Origin: Chloroflexota bacterium | GTDB lineage: Bacteria; Chloroflexota; Anaerolineae; VGOG01 | Reading direction: 5' to 3' | Assembly: GCA_016875995.1 (NCBI GenBank) | Contig: VGOG01000001.1 | Location: forward strand, 7,386 to 71,385 | Length of the DNA: 64,000 bases | In this document: piece by piece, positions 8,838 to 20,141 of the stretch | How the letters are laid out: every line of letters starts with the position of its first letter | How positions within the stretch are numbered: position 1 is the first letter of the stretch | Notes under the pieces: model-generated | What the model saw: the letters and a program-made list of their open reading frames with translations, nothing else | What the model was told of the DNA's origin: nothing | Databases searched by the model: none | Program-made: the position numbers and the translations under genes

Positions 8838-10424
8838 TTAAAGAGCTTCCCGATCGTAGATCCAGTAGCCATCGCCCACCGCCAGGAAGCAATCCCAGTT
8901 GGTTAACTCGGCGAGGATCGGCCCTGGCGGGCAACGCTTCTCCACGTTGATAGCGCTGTAGAGAGTCTTAGCATGAACAGTGCCCTGGGGATTGAGCTTG
9001 GCCAGCTCGGGGAAGATGTCACGCACCAATTCGGAGATAGACTTGCCATCCTGCTCCGCTCTCATCCACAGGGAATCAACCCTGGCCGGGTCATCCTCGC
9101 CCACCACCATTAGTTCGTCGTACTCACAGCCGATGGCCCTCATCTGCATAGTGAACACCAGTTTTCCCCCCTCAACCGTAGCCACTCGAATCCATTCGCG
9201 TTTTTTGTGTTGGGGGAAATAATCCACCACGATAGCCAGCGGATCATCGGTCCTCTCCAGCTTGATGTAAGCTCCCACGGGTAGGTCGTGCTTCTCATAC
9301 CACCCTTTGAGGCCATAGACATACTTGTGTTGGCGAACAACCCAGCCTAGCATCCGCTTGCCCGTCCGGCCATCTATGAGGGTGATCATCATACGCTCGT
9401 TATCCCCTTTTGGGAAAAGGCCCTCCGTCTTGCTCGTCAAAGGGATAGTGCCTACCCTGCGGTGGGGATAGTTAAGGACGATAGTTACGCTGGAAGTTTC
9501 CTCCTCTGTGCCAGGGGCAGCCAGCCCCGTGATCTCATCGTCAATCTCCATCTCCCAGCGAAGCAACTCCTCACCAAGGATCGCTCTATCGTATAGCACG
9601 GGAGTGTAGCGCAAGCGCGGTGGCAGATGAGCGATCTCAGGGGGCTCCAAACGTCGCAGAAACCAAAGGCTCTGATCACGGCTGCCTACGTCATCAAAAC
9701 GCCCATCCTGGGCCAGGTTATAATTGAGCGAAAAAACCTGAGCAGCCGGAGAGATGTCGGTTGGCAGGTCCAGCTCTCGGAGCAATTCTTGAGCGGGAAG
9801 CGGCGTACCCTTCACGTCAAGCATGGCCTCGGCGATGTTCAAGTGTCCTTCGTGGATCTCGGCCAGCAGCCCTTTCAGGAACCATTCGCCGCGAAAGCTC
9901 ACGAAATCACTGCTGAGTCGCAAACGCTCCAATAGTTTCCGTTGAACGTCCGAGCCATATTGATCGCAGAGTTCCACTGGCGACGCCAGATCCTCGGCTT
10001 CCAGCGACTCTCCTTCCTCGCGATTCAGCTTGTGAGGGTAGCCGAGCTTCGAGGCGAACTCCCTCGTCTCCCCCTGGCCCTCGAAGCGTACCTGGATGAC
10101 CTCGAAGTCGCCATATTTGGGATTGTAGCCCGGCCGCACACCGACGACGGGACCCAGAGCATAACCAAGGGCAGGAAAGACGACCTGCTCTCCCACCTCA
10201 TAGCCCTCCTTCGGTTGAAAGAGAGTCCCCCTGGCAAGCTCATTTTTAATGAGCGCTTCCTCCCTTTCGCAGCGCCTTCTAATCAGAGCCAAAGTGAGAT
10301 CGTCATTGGTACGAGGCCTGTTGTCACCCTCCAAGAACAATTCATACAGGTAATCGAGATCCCGATCATCAATGGCGAATTCCTGCCAATACTCCGCCGT
10401 CTGGGTCTCTCTCACGATCATCAA
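8838..10424 (-). CDS. Hypothetical protein (528 aa)
   Basis: Long ORF with balanced composition and first in the operon. No motif recognised. Confidence 0.7.
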   Translation of the reverse strand: MMIVRETQTAEYWQEFAIDDRDLDYLYELFLEGDNRPRTNDDLTLALIRRRCEREEALIKNELARGTLFQPKEGYEVGEQVVFPALGYALGPVVGVRPGYNPKYGDFEVIQVRFEGQGETREFASKLGYPHKLNREEGESLEAEDLASPVELCDQYGSDVQRKLLERLRLSSDFVSFRGEWFLKGLLAEIHEGHLNIAEAMLDVKGTPLPAQELLRELDLPTDISPAAQVFSLNYNLAQDGRFDDVGSRDQSLWFLRRLEPPEIAHLPPRLRYTPVLYDRAILGEELLRWEMEIDDEITGLAAPGTEEETSSVTIVLNYPHRRVGTIPLTSKTEGLFPKGDNERMMITLIDGRTGKRMLGWVVRQHKYVYGLKGWYEKHDLPVGAYIKLERTDDPLAIVVDYFPQHKKREWIRVATVEGGKLVFTMQMRAIGCEYDELMVVGEDDPARVDSLWMRAEQDGKSISELVRDIFPELAKLNPQGTVHAKTLYSAINVEKRCPPGPILAELTNWDCFLAVGDGYWIYDREAL

Positions 10425-10496
10425 AAAGTCCTCCTGGGTTCTACGAAGTCGAGGTTAATTATACCAGTTTTCCATCGCCTTGACAAATACGCAAGA

Positions 10497-10525
10497 TTGA
10501 CTAATTCCGCAGATTGTGGCATACT
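10497..10525 (+). promoter_or_regulatory. Candidate promoter for the DUF2007 gene
   Basis: TTGACT, 17-nt spacer, CATACT with an upstream TG. Confidence 0.35.
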
Positions 10526-10553
10526 TCTGGTACAGGTCGAGAGGAGAAACACA

Positions 10554-10820
10554 ATGACAGGTCACAAAAAGGCAAGTAAACCTGGGCTAGCCACCGTCTA
10601 CACCGCCTTCGGGCAACTGCAAGCTCAAGTCATCAAAACCAAGCTGGAAAGCGCAGGGATCCCCGTTCTACTAGACTACGAGAGCGCGGGCGTCGTCTTC
10701 GGCATCACCGTAGATGGCCTGGGTGAGGTGCGGGTGATGGTCCCAGCAGCCCTGGCCCAGGAGGCCGAAGAACTCCTGAGCCAGCCACCGGATTGGCCAC
10801 CAGAAGAAGAGATGGACTAG
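10554..10820 (+). CDS. DUF2007-like small protein (putative signal-transducing fold)
   Basis: ATG at 10554 after GAGAGGAGAA. LATVYTAFGQLQAQVIKTKLESAGIPVLL matches the DUF2007 pattern. The upstream part of ORF 9942..10820 is antisense shadow of gene 8838..10424. Confidence 0.6.
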   Translation: MTGHKKASKPGLATVYTAFGQLQAQVIKTKLESAGIPVLLDYESAGVVFGITVDGLGEVRVMVPAALAQEAEELLSQPPDWPPEEEMD

Positions 10821-10829
10821 GAGGACATT

Positions 10830-12242
10830 TTGAAAACGTCGAGATTTATGATTCTCGTGATCTTGATAGTTATTACGATAGCCTTCTTCTACAAGCTAAA
10901 CGACTACCGCACCTATCAGCATCGGATCCCGCGAGGAGTTTCGCTAGCAGGCATCTACCTGGGAGGGAAATGGGAAGCAGAAGCGATGGAACTCCTGGGA
11001 GAAGCTTGCTCAGAGCCAGTAAAGCTGAACTATCTAAACCACAGTCTTCTCCTTCATCCCCAGGACGTCGGCTTCCAATTCAAGGCCGAGGAGATACTGG
11101 AAGAAGTAAATAGGCTAAAAGCACAGACCGGCTTTTGGCAGGGCTTCACCGATTATATCCTGAGCGACGAGCCACAGCCGGTGAACATTCCCCTCCAGGC
11201 CAATCACGACGAGAAGCGGCTGAAGAACCTCCTGACCAGCATCGCCGAGGAGTACGACCGCTCACTGCAAGAGCCTTATGCCAACGCCGACACCCTGACC
11301 TTTGTGGCCGGCCGGCCGGGTCAACAACTCGACATCGCCGCCTCTCTACCGCTGGTCATCGGCGCGCTGCACTCGGCCACCGACCGCGAGGTGGACCTGG
11401 TGGTAAAAGTGAGCCCGCCCTCGCGCGAGCCTGGCCTGTGGATGATGGGGCAGTTGATCGAGGGCATCATGGCGGACTTCCCCGGTTTCTACAGCGTCTA
11501 CATCAAAGACCTGGCTACTGGCGAGGAGTTCGCCGACGACGCCGACGTGGCCTACTCCGGCACGAGCATCCTCAAGATCGCCATCATGGTGGAGGCCTAC
11601 AAACATCTGGATGGCCCGCCCGACCTGGACACCACCAAGATTCTGACCGAGACCATGACCCTCAGCGGGAACTATACCGCTAACCTCCTGCTGCGCTACA
11701 CCATCGGCAACGGCGACGCCCAGGAAGGCGTGCGGCAGCTCAACGAGACGATGAAGCTCATCGGACTGGTCAACACCTTTATGGCCACCCCCTACGACAC
11801 GGCCGTTCTGCCGCAGCACATCCGCACCCCAGCCAACCAGCGCACCGACGTCAACACCAACCCCGACCCCTTCATGCAGACCACCCCCCAGGACATGGGC
11901 CGCCTGCTGGAGATGATCTACCAGTGCGCCAAGGGCGGCGGCACGCTCATCGCCGCCTACCCCGACGAGCTAACCCCCGACGAGTGCCAGGCCATGCTCG
12001 ACATGATGTCGCAAAACCGCATCGAAGCCCTCATCGAGGCCGGGGTACCGGAGGGGACGCGGGTGGCCCACAAAAACGGCTGGGTGGGGGACTCCCACGG
12101 CGACGCGGGGATCGTCTTCACGCCGGGCGGTGACTACGTGCTGTGCATCTACATGTACCGCCCAGGCTGGCTGGAGTGGGATGTCAGTTCCCCGCTCATG
12201 GCCCGCATCTCCGAGGCGACCTACAAATATTTCAACCGTTGA
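10830..12242 (+). CDS. Membrane-anchored class A beta-lactamase-like serine hydrolase with an N-terminal PG-binding-like region
   Basis: TM helix ILVILIVITIAFF. SxxK (SGTSILK), SxN (SGN) and KxG (KNG) motifs. It is a paralogue of the first ~700 aa of ORF 15056..20137. Confidence 0.75.
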   Translation: MKTSRFMILVILIVITIAFFYKLNDYRTYQHRIPRGVSLAGIYLGGKWEAEAMELLGEACSEPVKLNYLNHSLLLHPQDVGFQFKAEEILEEVNRLKAQTGFWQGFTDYILSDEPQPVNIPLQANHDEKRLKNLLTSIAEEYDRSLQEPYANADTLTFVAGRPGQQLDIAASLPLVIGALHSATDREVDLVVKVSPPSREPGLWMMGQLIEGIMADFPGFYSVYIKDLATGEEFADDADVAYSGTSILKIAIMVEAYKHLDGPPDLDTTKILTETMTLSGNYTANLLLRYTIGNGDAQEGVRQLNETMKLIGLVNTFMATPYDTAVLPQHIRTPANQRTDVNTNPDPFMQTTPQDMGRLLEMIYQCAKGGGTLIAAYPDELTPDECQAMLDMMSQNRIEALIEAGVPEGTRVAHKNGWVGDSHGDAGIVFTPGGDYVLCIYMYRPGWLEWDVSSPLMARISEATYKYFNR

Positions 12243-15009
12243 CATTACGGAGATTAGAGATTGGAGATTGGAGAGTGGAGGTTGGCGATTGGAGATTAGA
12301 GGTTGGAGATTAGAGGGTAGAGGTTGGATATCCAACTTCCAACATCCAACTTCCAACATCCGAATAATCGCCCTGGCCTTGACTGTGGCCCTTTTCTGCG
12401 GCTGCGCTGTAGCGACGCCGTCACCGACGCCCACATCCACTCGCGCTGCCACTGCCACATCAACCCAAACGATGACGCCGACCCCCACGCGTACCACGAC
12501 GTCTACCCCACGCCCAACGGCTACACCCACGCCCACTAACACCGCCACCCCGACGCCCACTCCCCCCCCTACTTCCCTCCCCCTTCCTCCCCCCCAAAGT
12601 TGGGGGGGGGAGAGGGGGAGCATCGGCCAATCGGTCGAGGGTCGCCCCATCGAGGCCCAGCGCTTCGGCGAGGGGCGCTACAAGGTGGTGCTGGTGGGCG
12701 ATATCCACGGCGGCTGGGAGGCCAACACCTACGAACTGGCGCAGAAGTTGCTGGCCCATTTTCGGGCCAATCCTGACGACGTGCCCAGCAACGTCAGCCT
12801 GTGGATCATCCCCACCCTGAATCCCGATGGCCTGGCCGCCGGCACGCGATTCAACGCCCAGGGGGTGGACCTCAACCGCAACTGCGATACCGACCTGGAC
12901 GGCTGCGCTGGCAACGATTGGAGCCCAACGACCTACACCAGCGATGGTCCGCAGCCCGGCGCGGGCGGGGCGTATCCCTTCTCCGAACCGGAGGCGCGGG
13001 CAGCCCGCGATTTCCTGGCCGATGCCCACGTGGCCGTCTTCTACCACAGTTTTGCCAGTGCGGTGTTCGCTGGTGGCTGCCGTGACAACGCCCCGTCGCT
13101 GCGCCTGGCGGCGATGCTGGCAGTGGGCACAGGCTACGACCTCCCGGAAGAGGGCTGGACGGGCTATCCCGTTAGCGGTAGCTTTACCGATTACCTGACC
13201 GACCTGGGCATCGCCGCCGCTATAGTGGAGCTGACCGACTTCGAGGACACCGAATTTGATCGTAACCTGGAGGGCGTGCGGGCGGTTCTGGCAGCGGTGG
13301 AGGACATCGTCACCGCCCGTTTCGAGGACGCGCCTGGAGAGGCATACTGGCTCGACCAGGACAATGTGACCACCTACCGCTACCCAACCGGAACGTTCCC
13401 CCACCCCGTGAGCCTGGCCGTGGCTTCCCCCCCAGAGCCTGCCCTGGTAGGAGGCGTCTCTGACACCGATAGCAAGGTCGAAGGGTTGGAGGGGACCGAG
13501 GGGGAGCATGGAGACACGCTGTATCTCGTGGACAGCGGCCGGCTCCTCCGCCTGACTCTGGCTTCCCCCCCAAAGTTGGGGGGGATCGAGGGGGGGCATG
13601 AACCGCCGGTGGTGATGGCCGCGCCCGGCGATACCCTGGCCGGCCTGCCGGTTCAGGAATTGTCTGACGTGGCGCTGTCGCCGGATGACTCGCTCCTGCT
13701 CCTGGACCGCTCTGGCGAAGTCTTCCGCTACGACGTGACCAAATCCCTAGTCCCTAGTCCCTTGTCCCTTGTCCCTTCTACAGAGACCTGGCATCGTGTG
13801 GATTGGGAAGCCATCGCCGGCACCGGTGGCACTTATGTCACCGCTATCGCCGCGGACAAAGATGCCACATACTTCCTCGACACCAACGGCGGGCGGGTGT
13901 GGCGTGTATCCGGCGGCCGGGCGGTGGTCGTGGCCGAGTTTCAGAGCAGCCGAGGAGTTGACCTGGCGGTGGACGGTGAGAACCTGTACGTCCTCCTCCG
14001 TGAGTGGCCAGCAGAGGTAGTCCATTACCACGCTCCAGGTTGGAAAAAAGCCTGGTCTGTGTCGAGCGGCCTGGACTACCCCTCGGCCCTGTGCGCCATC
14101 GCCGACGGGCTGCTGTACGTCCTGGACAGCAACGACCGCCGCGTGCTGGCCCTGGACGCCGAGACGGGCGAGATACGCGCCACGTACACCTTCATTGACC
14201 GCGAGGTAACCCTGCGCGGCTGCTGGCCGGTGGAAGACGGCTTGCTCCTGATTGGCCCGGATGTTTTGTTCCAGTTTCCAATCTCCAATCTCCAACCTCC
14301 AGCCTCCAATCTCCAACCTCCAGCCTCCAACCTCCAACCTCCAGCCTCCAACTTCCAACCTCCAATCTCCAACCTCCAACCTCCAGCCTCCAACCTCCAG
14401 CCTCCAGCCTCCAACTTCCAACCTCCAATCTCCAACCTCCAACTGGATCGCCTCCGCGGGCTGACGATGCCCATCGCTGGCATGAAGCTGCCACAGCGAT
14501 TGAACTCGCTCCCCGGCGCGCCACGCCACTATCGCTACGGGGTGCATCAAGGGATAGACTTCTACGCCTGGCCCAATGGCACCAAGGTCACCGCCAGCAC
14601 GGAGGTGCTGGCGGCGCGCGACGGCATCGTCATTCGCGCCGATGGGGACTACGTTAATCCCACCCAGGCGCAGATGAACGACTGGCTGGCCACGTGCCGC
14701 CGGGAGGGATACACCCCTGAGGACGTGCTGGACAGTCTTCGTGGGCGGCAGGTGTGGCTGGATCACGGCGATGGACTCATCACCCGCTACGCCCACCTGG
14801 CCGCAGTCGCCCCTGGGCTGAAGGTCGGCCACCGCGTGGCCCAGGGCCAGGTCATCGGTAAAGCAGGCAACTCCGGCACACCCGGTTCGCTGTACGACCC
14901 CAACAGTGAGATCCACCTGCATTTCGAGATCTGGCTGGATGGCCGCTATGTGGGTCAGTACCTGTCCACCGTCGAGATTCGGCGGCTGTTGTCGAAGGTG
15001 TTGAGATAA
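12181..15009 (+). CDS. Secreted multi-domain peptidase: M14 zinc carboxypeptidase + beta-propeller-like region + M23 peptidase
   Basis: Signal/lipobox [14 protein letters not shown] and a Pro/Thr linker. M14 motifs [23 protein letters not shown]-terminal M23 motifs HQGIDF and HLHFEI. The start is uncertain: the first in-frame ATG is 12181 and overlaps the upstream gene, and TTG codons inside the repeat array are alternatives. Confidence 0.75.
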   Translation: MSVPRSWPASPRRPTNISTVDITEIRDWRLESGGWRLEIRGWRLEGRGWISNFQHPTSNIRIIALALTVALFCGCAVATPSPTPTSTRAATATSTQTMTPTPTRTTTSTPRPTATPTPTNTATPTPTPPPTSLPLPPPQSWGGERGSIGQSVEGRPIEAQRFGEGRYKVVLVGDIHGGWEANTYELAQKLLAHFRANPDDVPSNVSLWIIPTLNPDGLAAGTRFNAQGVDLNRNCDTDLDGCAGNDWSPTTYTSDGPQPGAGGAYPFSEPEARAARDFLADAHVAVFYHSFASAVFAGGCRDNAPSLRLAAMLAVGTGYDLPEEGWTGYPVSGSFTDYLTDLGIAAAIVELTDFEDTEFDRNLEGVRAVLAAVEDIVTARFEDAPGEAYWLDQDNVTTYRYPTGTFPHPVSLAVASPPEPALVGGVSDTDSKVEGLEGTEGEHGDTLYLVDSGRLLRLTLASPPKLGGIEGGHEPPVVMAAPGDTLAGLPVQELSDVALSPDDSLLLLDRSGEVFRYDVTKSLVPSPLSLVPSTETWHRVDWEAIAGTGGTYVTAIAADKDATYFLDTNGGRVWRVSGGRAVVVAEFQSSRGVDLAVDGENLYVLLREWPAEVVHYHAPGWKKAWSVSSGLDYPSALCAIADGLLYVLDSNDRRVLALDAETGEIRATYTFIDREVTLRGCWPVEDGLLLIGPDVLFQFPISNLQPPASNLQPPASNLQPPASNFQPPISNLQPPASNLQPPASNFQPPISNLQLDRLRGLTMPIAGMKLPQRLNSLPGAPRHYRYGVHQGIDFYAWPNGTKVTASTEVLAARDGIVIRADGDYVNPTQAQMNDWLATCRREGYTPEDVLDSLRGRQVWLDHGDGLITRYAHLAAVAPGLKVGHRVAQGQVIGKAGNSGTPGSLYDPNSEIHLHFEIWLDGRYVGQYLSTVEIRRLLSKVLR
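12249..12361. repeat. Palindromic heptamer array (GGAGATT-type then inverted CCAACTT/CCAACAT)
   Basis: Direct reading shows direct units followed by inverted units, which would form a long hairpin right after the stop at 12242. Confidence 0.9.
14276..14443. repeat. In-frame heptamer array (CTCCAAC/CTCCAGC/CTCCAAT) inside a CDS
   Basis: About 24 tandem heptamers translated as [28 protein letters not shown]..., lying between the propeller region and the M23 domain. Confidence 0.9.
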
Positions 15010-15013
15010 AGAC

Positions 15014-15040
15014 GTAGGACAAGTTGCCAACTTGTCCTAC
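15014..15040 (+). terminator. Perfect 12-bp hairpin after the stop at 15009
   Basis: GTAGGACAAGTT-GCC-AACTTGTCCTAC. No U-tract follows, so function as a terminator is uncertain. Confidence 0.35.
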
Positions 15041-15055
15041 AAGTATAGAACGAAT

Positions 15056-18000
15056 ATGACCAAGGAATCTAACGCGATAACCAAAGATACTCAGTACTTG
15101 AGAAAAGTCGCTCCAAAGGGGCGTCCTCGCCCCGTCCGGGTGGCGGGGACGCCACCCGGGAGCAGGAATTTCTCATCTACTGATACTCCATCATCGGCGA
15201 CGGCACATCGCCTGTGGTGGCTGATCCCCGTGGCGATGGTGCTCATCATCATCGGCGGGGGCGTGTTTGTTACTCGCCGCTGGAACGCCTACCAGGACTA
15301 CATGGCCCACCTCCGGCCTGGGGTGACCATCGCCGGCCTGGACGTGGGCGGGATGACGCTCGACCAGGCTCACGCCCTGGTGCACGAGAGATGGGTCGAG
15401 CCACTATCCGAACCCATCGAGCTTCGTTACCTCGACCGCAGCCACGTCCTGAGCCTGCCGAAGGGCCAGGAGCTTGACCCGACGGCGGTGGGCTTCAGCG
15501 TGCTTGCGGAAACCATGGTGAACGAGGCCGCCGCCATCGGCGCGGACACCCGCTTCAACGATTTCCTCCTCCTCTTTCCCCCCCTGCTTGCTAAAAAGGG
15601 GGGGCCGCCCTTCGACGTGGACGTGCCCCTGCGGACGACCTTCGACCGCGCGCTCCTGGCCGCCTTGGTAGATGACCTCGCGGCAGGCATTGATCGTCCG
15701 CTGCGAGAGCATCGCCTCAGCGCGGAAGACCTGACCTTCTACCCCGGCCAGGCAGGGTTCGAGCTCGACCGCCACCAGGCCGTGGAAAGGATCGCCGCGG
15801 CCTTGCCAGACCGAGAGGCGCGCACCGTCACCCTGCCCGTGGCCGTCGTCGAGGTCGCGCCACTGAACGAGGCCGACCTGCGTCCTGAGTTGGAGGCCAT
15901 CGCCGCAGGCGTTGATGTTCCGCTGCAGGAGCATCGCCTCAGCGCGGAAGACCTGGTCTTCTACCCCGGCCAGCCGGGGTTAGAGCTCGATTGCGACGAG
16001 GCTGTGAAGAGGATCGCCACCGCCCTGTCCGAAGGAGAGACACATCCCGTCAAGCTGCCTGTTACCATCCTGGAGGTTACGCCACTGGACGAGGCCGACC
16101 TGCGCTCTGAGATGGAGGGCATCGTCGCTGCCTTTGACATCCCGCCGCAGCCGGCCCGGGTAGTGACCACCACCCTCGAACCCGACCCGCGCTGGCCCGA
16201 GTCGTGGACCCCAGCCGACGCCAACCTGACCATCTACGACTTCGAGGCGGGGCGGATGGGCCGTGCGCTGGACGTGGAAGCTTCGCTGGCGGCCATCACT
16301 ACCGCCCTGGCCGCGAATACCACTGAACCCGTCTCCCTGGTCATCACCGACGTGGCCCCGGCGCCACTCACCCTGTCCGATCTCAAGCCATTGCTGCTCG
16401 ACATCAGCAGCGACTTCAGCGGCACGACTGGCCTGTACGTCCAGGACCTCTCCAGCGGCGAGGAGCTCACCCACAACGTTCACGTCGTTCACTCCGGGAC
16501 GAGCCTGCTCAAGGCGGGCATCCTGGTCACCGCCTACCGCGTCTGGGACGGCGATCTGCCCGACGACATTAAGCCCAGCGTCGCCTACATGATCTCGGAG
16601 AGCATCAACGCCTCATCCAACCTGGTGCTGATGGGCATCGGTGGGGGGGATGCCACGGAGGGGGTGAAGCGGGTCAACGAGACCTTCCGTGACCTGGGCC
16701 TGGCCCGCACTTTCATACGCCAGCCCTATTACGTCGAGGGCGGCACGCGTTGGCCACCCATCCCCAAACCCGAACTGCCCGACGTGGACGTGCCCGCCGC
16801 CGAAGCCGCCATCAACACCCATCCCGATCCCATGATGCAGACCCGGCTGGCCGACCTGGCCGTGCTGTGGGAGGCCATTTACCGCGGCTGCCAGGGCGAG
16901 GGCAAGCTGCTGGAAGCTTACGACAACCTGACCGCCGAGGACTGCTGCGAGATGTTGGATTGGTTGAAGACCAATCTCCTGCGCAGCGTCATCGGAGCCA
17001 GCGTCCCGCCGGAGATACCCATCGCCCACAAACACGGCTGGGTGAACGATATCCGCTCCGACATAGGGATCGTCTTCACTCCCCAGGGCGATTACCTGTT
17101 CGGGCTGTTTCTGTGGGAGGACACGGACTGGCTCAACTGGGATCGCTGCTTCCCCATCTTCCGCCGCCTCTCCGCCACCGTCTACAACCACTTCACCCAC
17201 GCCCCTCCCCCATCTCCAATCTCCAATATCCAATATCCAATATCCAGTTACCCGATCACCCGACCACCCGACCACCCGACCACCCTGATCATTGAACACG
17301 CCGAAGAGCGGGCCACCGGAGTCGCCGACTACCTGACCCGCCTGGGGCTGCCCTTCGACCGCCTGCGGGTCTACGCTGGTGATTCCCTACCCCAGCCTGA
17401 GTGGGGGCAGATCATCGTTCTGTCGGGTGGCCCCATGTCGCCCCATGATTTAGACACCCATCCCTTCCTGCGCGCCGAGGCCAGGTTCCTGCGCCAGGCC
17501 CTCGATCTGCAGGTGCCCATGCTGGGCCTTTGCCTGGGGCATCAATTGCTGGCTGATATTTTAGGCGGCGAGGTGGAGGCTGGTCAGCAAGAGGTGGGCT
17601 GGCTGCCCGTACAGCTCAGCCAGGCCGGGGCCGAGGACGCCCTCTTCGACGGGGTGCCACCGGAGTTCTTCCCCTTCCACTACCACGTCGAGCAAGTGAC
17701 GAGCCTCCCGCCACAGGGTACAGTGCTGGCCTCGTCGCCCCTCTGCCCGGTGCAGGCCTTCCGCTACGGCCAGGCCCCCGTGTGGGGCGTGCAGTTTCAT
17801 CCGGAGATCAACCCACAACGGGCGGAGACCATCCTGCGCTCCGGCTCCCGCCTCTCCCTGCCGCCAGGTGAGATCGCGCCCATGATCGAGCGCGGCTACG
17901 AAGTCTACAGCGAGGCCAGCGAGCGCATCCTCTACAACTTCTTCCGTGCCGCCTTTGCCCACTACCAGGCCGACGCAGATCTTCCACCCCCTCCCCTGCG

Positions 18001-20137
18001 TCCCCTGGCCATCCGCCAGAGTTGGCGCTTCCAGACCTGGGGCACGGTCACCGACCTGGCCGTTCGCCCCCCCTTCATCCCCCCCAACGTTGGGGGGGAA
18101 AGAGGGGGGGCAGGCGATGGCCGCGCCGAGGTGCTGATGGCCTCCCTGGACAAATACGCCTACGCCGCCGACGCCGCCGGCCGGCCCCTGTGGAAATATC
18201 CTGCCCGAGCCAGCGTCTACGCCCTGCACGTGGCCGATCTGGACGGCCAACCTGTAGTCCTCGTCGGCTCCGACGACAACTGCCTCTACGCCCTGGACGA
18301 CACGGGCCGTCGGCGCTGGCGATATTGCACCGACAGCCGCATCACTGCCGTTGCTTCTTCCACCGAACTCCAATATCCAATATCCAATATCCCCTTTATC
18401 CTGATCGCCTCCTGGGACGGCTACGTCCACCAGGTGAACCCCGACGGCACTTTGCACCACCGCTACCCGGTGGGCGAGGCGGGCGTGGAATACCCCTCGG
18501 CTCTGGCTAGCTACCCCGATGGGACAGCAGCCATCGCCACCAACAAAGGCCGGCTGTATCTCCTGTCCCCGACCGGCGACCTGCGCTCATTACCCTCCCT
18601 GGGGGGATACGTGCGGCGGGTGCGGTTAGCTGATCTGGATGACGACGGGTTCCCAGAGCTCATTGCCGGTTCCCGCGATGGCGACCTGGTCGTGATCGCT
18701 GAGATCGGCAAATCAACAAAGCAACAAATCAGCAAATCAACAAATCAGCAAATCAGCAAATCAACAAATCAGCAAATCAACAAATCGGTAAAGTTACCTG
18801 ATTGCTCCGTGACCAACCTGGCCTTCGCCGACCTGGACGGCGATGGCACACAGGAGATTCTCGTGGCCTGTGGAGGCCCGGAGCCAGGCGTCTACGCCCT
18901 CTCCGCCGACGGTGATCAACGCTGGCGGTACGAAACCCCCGCTGGGGTGTGGGCCGTGGCGGTGGCGGACCTGGACGACGACGCCTGGCCAGAGGTGATC
19001 ATCGGCGGCGACGATGGCACGGTGCAGGTGCTCGATCACCTGGGCCGTCCACGGGGCGGCATCACTCTGGGCGGACTGGTGCACGGCCTGCGCCTGCACG
19101 ACCTGGACGGAGACGGGCGGCCGGAGATCCTGGCCCGCACTGGCTGGCAGGTGCACACGTTGGCGGTAACTCCGACCTGGGAACTCTCCCTGCCATCTCC
19201 CAATACCCAATACCCAATACCCAATATCCTACTCCCCCCCGTAGCCGACGACGAGATCGAGCTGCTAGCCGTGGGCGACATCATGCTGGCCCGCACGGTA
19301 GAGGAGCGCATGAACCAGTTCGGCTCCCTTTACCCGTTCCAGGCCATCTACCGCCTGCTGCAGGCCGCCGACATCGCCGTGGGCAACCTGGAGACCCCCT
19401 TCACCGTGCGCGGCAGGCCCGCCGATAAACAGTTTATCTTCCGCACCCATCCGGAGCACGCCCCGGTTCTGGGCACAGTGGGCTTCGACGTCCTCTCCCT
19501 GGCCAACAACCACATCCTCGATTTCCCCCCAGACAGCCTGGACGACACCCTGGCCGCTCTGGCGGATTTGGGCATCGCCACTGTCGGTGCGGGACGGGGG
19601 GAAGCCGCGGCTCATCGCCCGGCGGTGCTGGAGGTCAAGGGGATCAAAGTCGCGTTCCTGGCCTTCGCCGCCCCCCGCTGGCGGAACTCCCCTGAGGTGC
19701 CCACCGCTACCGACGTGGCCTGGGCCGAGCCGGAGCCGGTGCGCCGAGCGGTGGCCCAGGCCCAAGAGGAAGCCGACCTGGTGATCGTCCTTTTGCACAT
19801 GGGCACCGAGTACGAGGCCCAGGCCAATCAGCAACAGCGGGCCGTGGCCCACGCTGCCGTGGAAGCAGGCGCGAATCTAGTCATCGGCCACCACCCCCAC
19901 GTGCTGCAGGACGTGGAGGTCTATCGGGGGGTGCCCATCGTTTACAGCCTGGGGAACTTCGTCTTCGACATGGACGTCATCGAGCGGACGCGGAACACCG
20001 CCCTCCTGCGGGCGGTGCTGGCCCGGGACGGGGTGCGCAGCGTGGACCTCTACCTGGCTCGCATCGTGAACGACGCCCAGCCTCACCTGTGCCTGGCCGA
20101 AGATGGCTCTCCCTTGGTGCAACACGTCTATCCCTAG
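15056..20137 (+). CDS. Giant fusion protein (1693 aa): TM + PG-binding-like repeats + beta-lactamase-like serine hydrolase + class I glutamine amidotransferase/C26-like + FG-GAP/PQQ-like propeller + CapA/PgsA-like metallophosphatase
   Basis: SxxK (SGTSLLK). GATase triad context [11 protein letters not shown] and [17 protein letters not shown] / [16 protein letters not shown] repeats. CapA motifs [35 protein letters not shown]. Start moved to ATG 15056 because TTG 15032 lies inside the hairpin. Confidence 0.8.
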   Translation: MTKESNAITKDTQYLRKVAPKGRPRPVRVAGTPPGSRNFSSTDTPSSATAHRLWWLIPVAMVLIIIGGGVFVTRRWNAYQDYMAHLRPGVTIAGLDVGGMTLDQAHALVHERWVEPLSEPIELRYLDRSHVLSLPKGQELDPTAVGFSVLAETMVNEAAAIGADTRFNDFLLLFPPLLAKKGGPPFDVDVPLRTTFDRALLAALVDDLAAGIDRPLREHRLSAEDLTFYPGQAGFELDRHQAVERIAAALPDREARTVTLPVAVVEVAPLNEADLRPELEAIAAGVDVPLQEHRLSAEDLVFYPGQPGLELDCDEAVKRIATALSEGETHPVKLPVTILEVTPLDEADLRSEMEGIVAAFDIPPQPARVVTTTLEPDPRWPESWTPADANLTIYDFEAGRMGRALDVEASLAAITTALAANTTEPVSLVITDVAPAPLTLSDLKPLLLDISSDFSGTTGLYVQDLSSGEELTHNVHVVHSGTSLLKAGILVTAYRVWDGDLPDDIKPSVAYMISESINASSNLVLMGIGGGDATEGVKRVNETFRDLGLARTFIRQPYYVEGGTRWPPIPKPELPDVDVPAAEAAINTHPDPMMQTRLADLAVLWEAIYRGCQGEGKLLEAYDNLTAEDCCEMLDWLKTNLLRSVIGASVPPEIPIAHKHGWVNDIRSDIGIVFTPQGDYLFGLFLWEDTDWLNWDRCFPIFRRLSATVYNHFTHAPPPSPISNIQYPISSYPITRPPDHPTTLIIEHAEERATGVADYLTRLGLPFDRLRVYAGDSLPQPEWGQIIVLSGGPMSPHDLDTHPFLRAEARFLRQALDLQVPMLGLCLGHQLLADILGGEVEAGQQEVGWLPVQLSQAGAEDALFDGVPPEFFPFHYHVEQVTSLPPQGTVLASSPLCPVQAFRYGQAPVWGVQFHPEINPQRAETILRSGSRLSLPPGEIAPMIERGYEVYSEASERILYNFFRAAFAHYQADADLPPPPLRPLAIRQSWRFQTWGTVTDLAVRPPFIPPNVGGERGGAGDGRAEVLMASLDKYAYAADAAGRPLWKYPARASVYALHVADLDGQPVVLVGSDDNCLYALDDTGRRRWRYCTDSRITAVASSTELQYPISNIPFILIASWDGYVHQVNPDGTLHHRYPVGEAGVEYPSALASYPDGTAAIATNKGRLYLLSPTGDLRSLPSLGGYVRRVRLADLDDDGFPELIAGSRDGDLVVIAEIGKSTKQQISKSTNQQISKSTNQQINKSVKLPDCSVTNLAFADLDGDGTQEILVACGGPEPGVYALSADGDQRWRYETPAGVWAVAVADLDDDAWPEVIIGGDDGTVQVLDHLGRPRGGITLGGLVHGLRLHDLDGDGRPEILARTGWQVHTLAVTPTWELSLPSPNTQYPIPNILLPPVADDEIELLAVGDIMLARTVEERMNQFGSLYPFQAIYRLLQAADIAVGNLETPFTVRGRPADKQFIFRTHPEHAPVLGTVGFDVLSLANNHILDFPPDSLDDTLAALADLGIATVGAGRGEAAAHRPAVLEVKGIKVAFLAFAAPRWRNSPEVPTATDVAWAEPEPVRRAVAQAQEEADLVIVLLHMGTEYEAQANQQQRAVAHAAVEAGANLVIGHHPHVLQDVEVYRGVPIVYSLGNFVFDMDVIERTRNTALLRAVLARDGVRSVDLYLARIVNDAQPHLCLAEDGSPLVQHVYP
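17214..17287. repeat. In-frame short tandem repeats at a domain junction (CTCCAAT/ATCCAAT heptamers, CGACCACC octamers)
   Basis: Translated [23 protein letters not shown]. It sits exactly between the serine-hydrolase module and the GATase module. Confidence 0.85.
18709..18786. repeat. In-frame octamer array (CAAATCAG/CAAATCAA)
   Basis: Translated [26 protein letters not shown], inside the propeller region. Confidence 0.85.
19197..19229. repeat. In-frame heptamer array (CCAATAC/CCAATAT)
   Basis: Translated [12 protein letters not shown], directly before the CapA-like module. Confidence 0.85.
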
Positions 20138-20141
20138 CGAT

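Noticed and set aside
13747-15030. Minus-strand ORFs rich in WRLEVGG repeats (13747..15030, 14076..14483, 14192..14524, and also 19877..20512)
   Set aside because: They are reverse-complement readings of the heptamer arrays and of the well-supported plus-strand peptidase genes. They contain no independent motifs.
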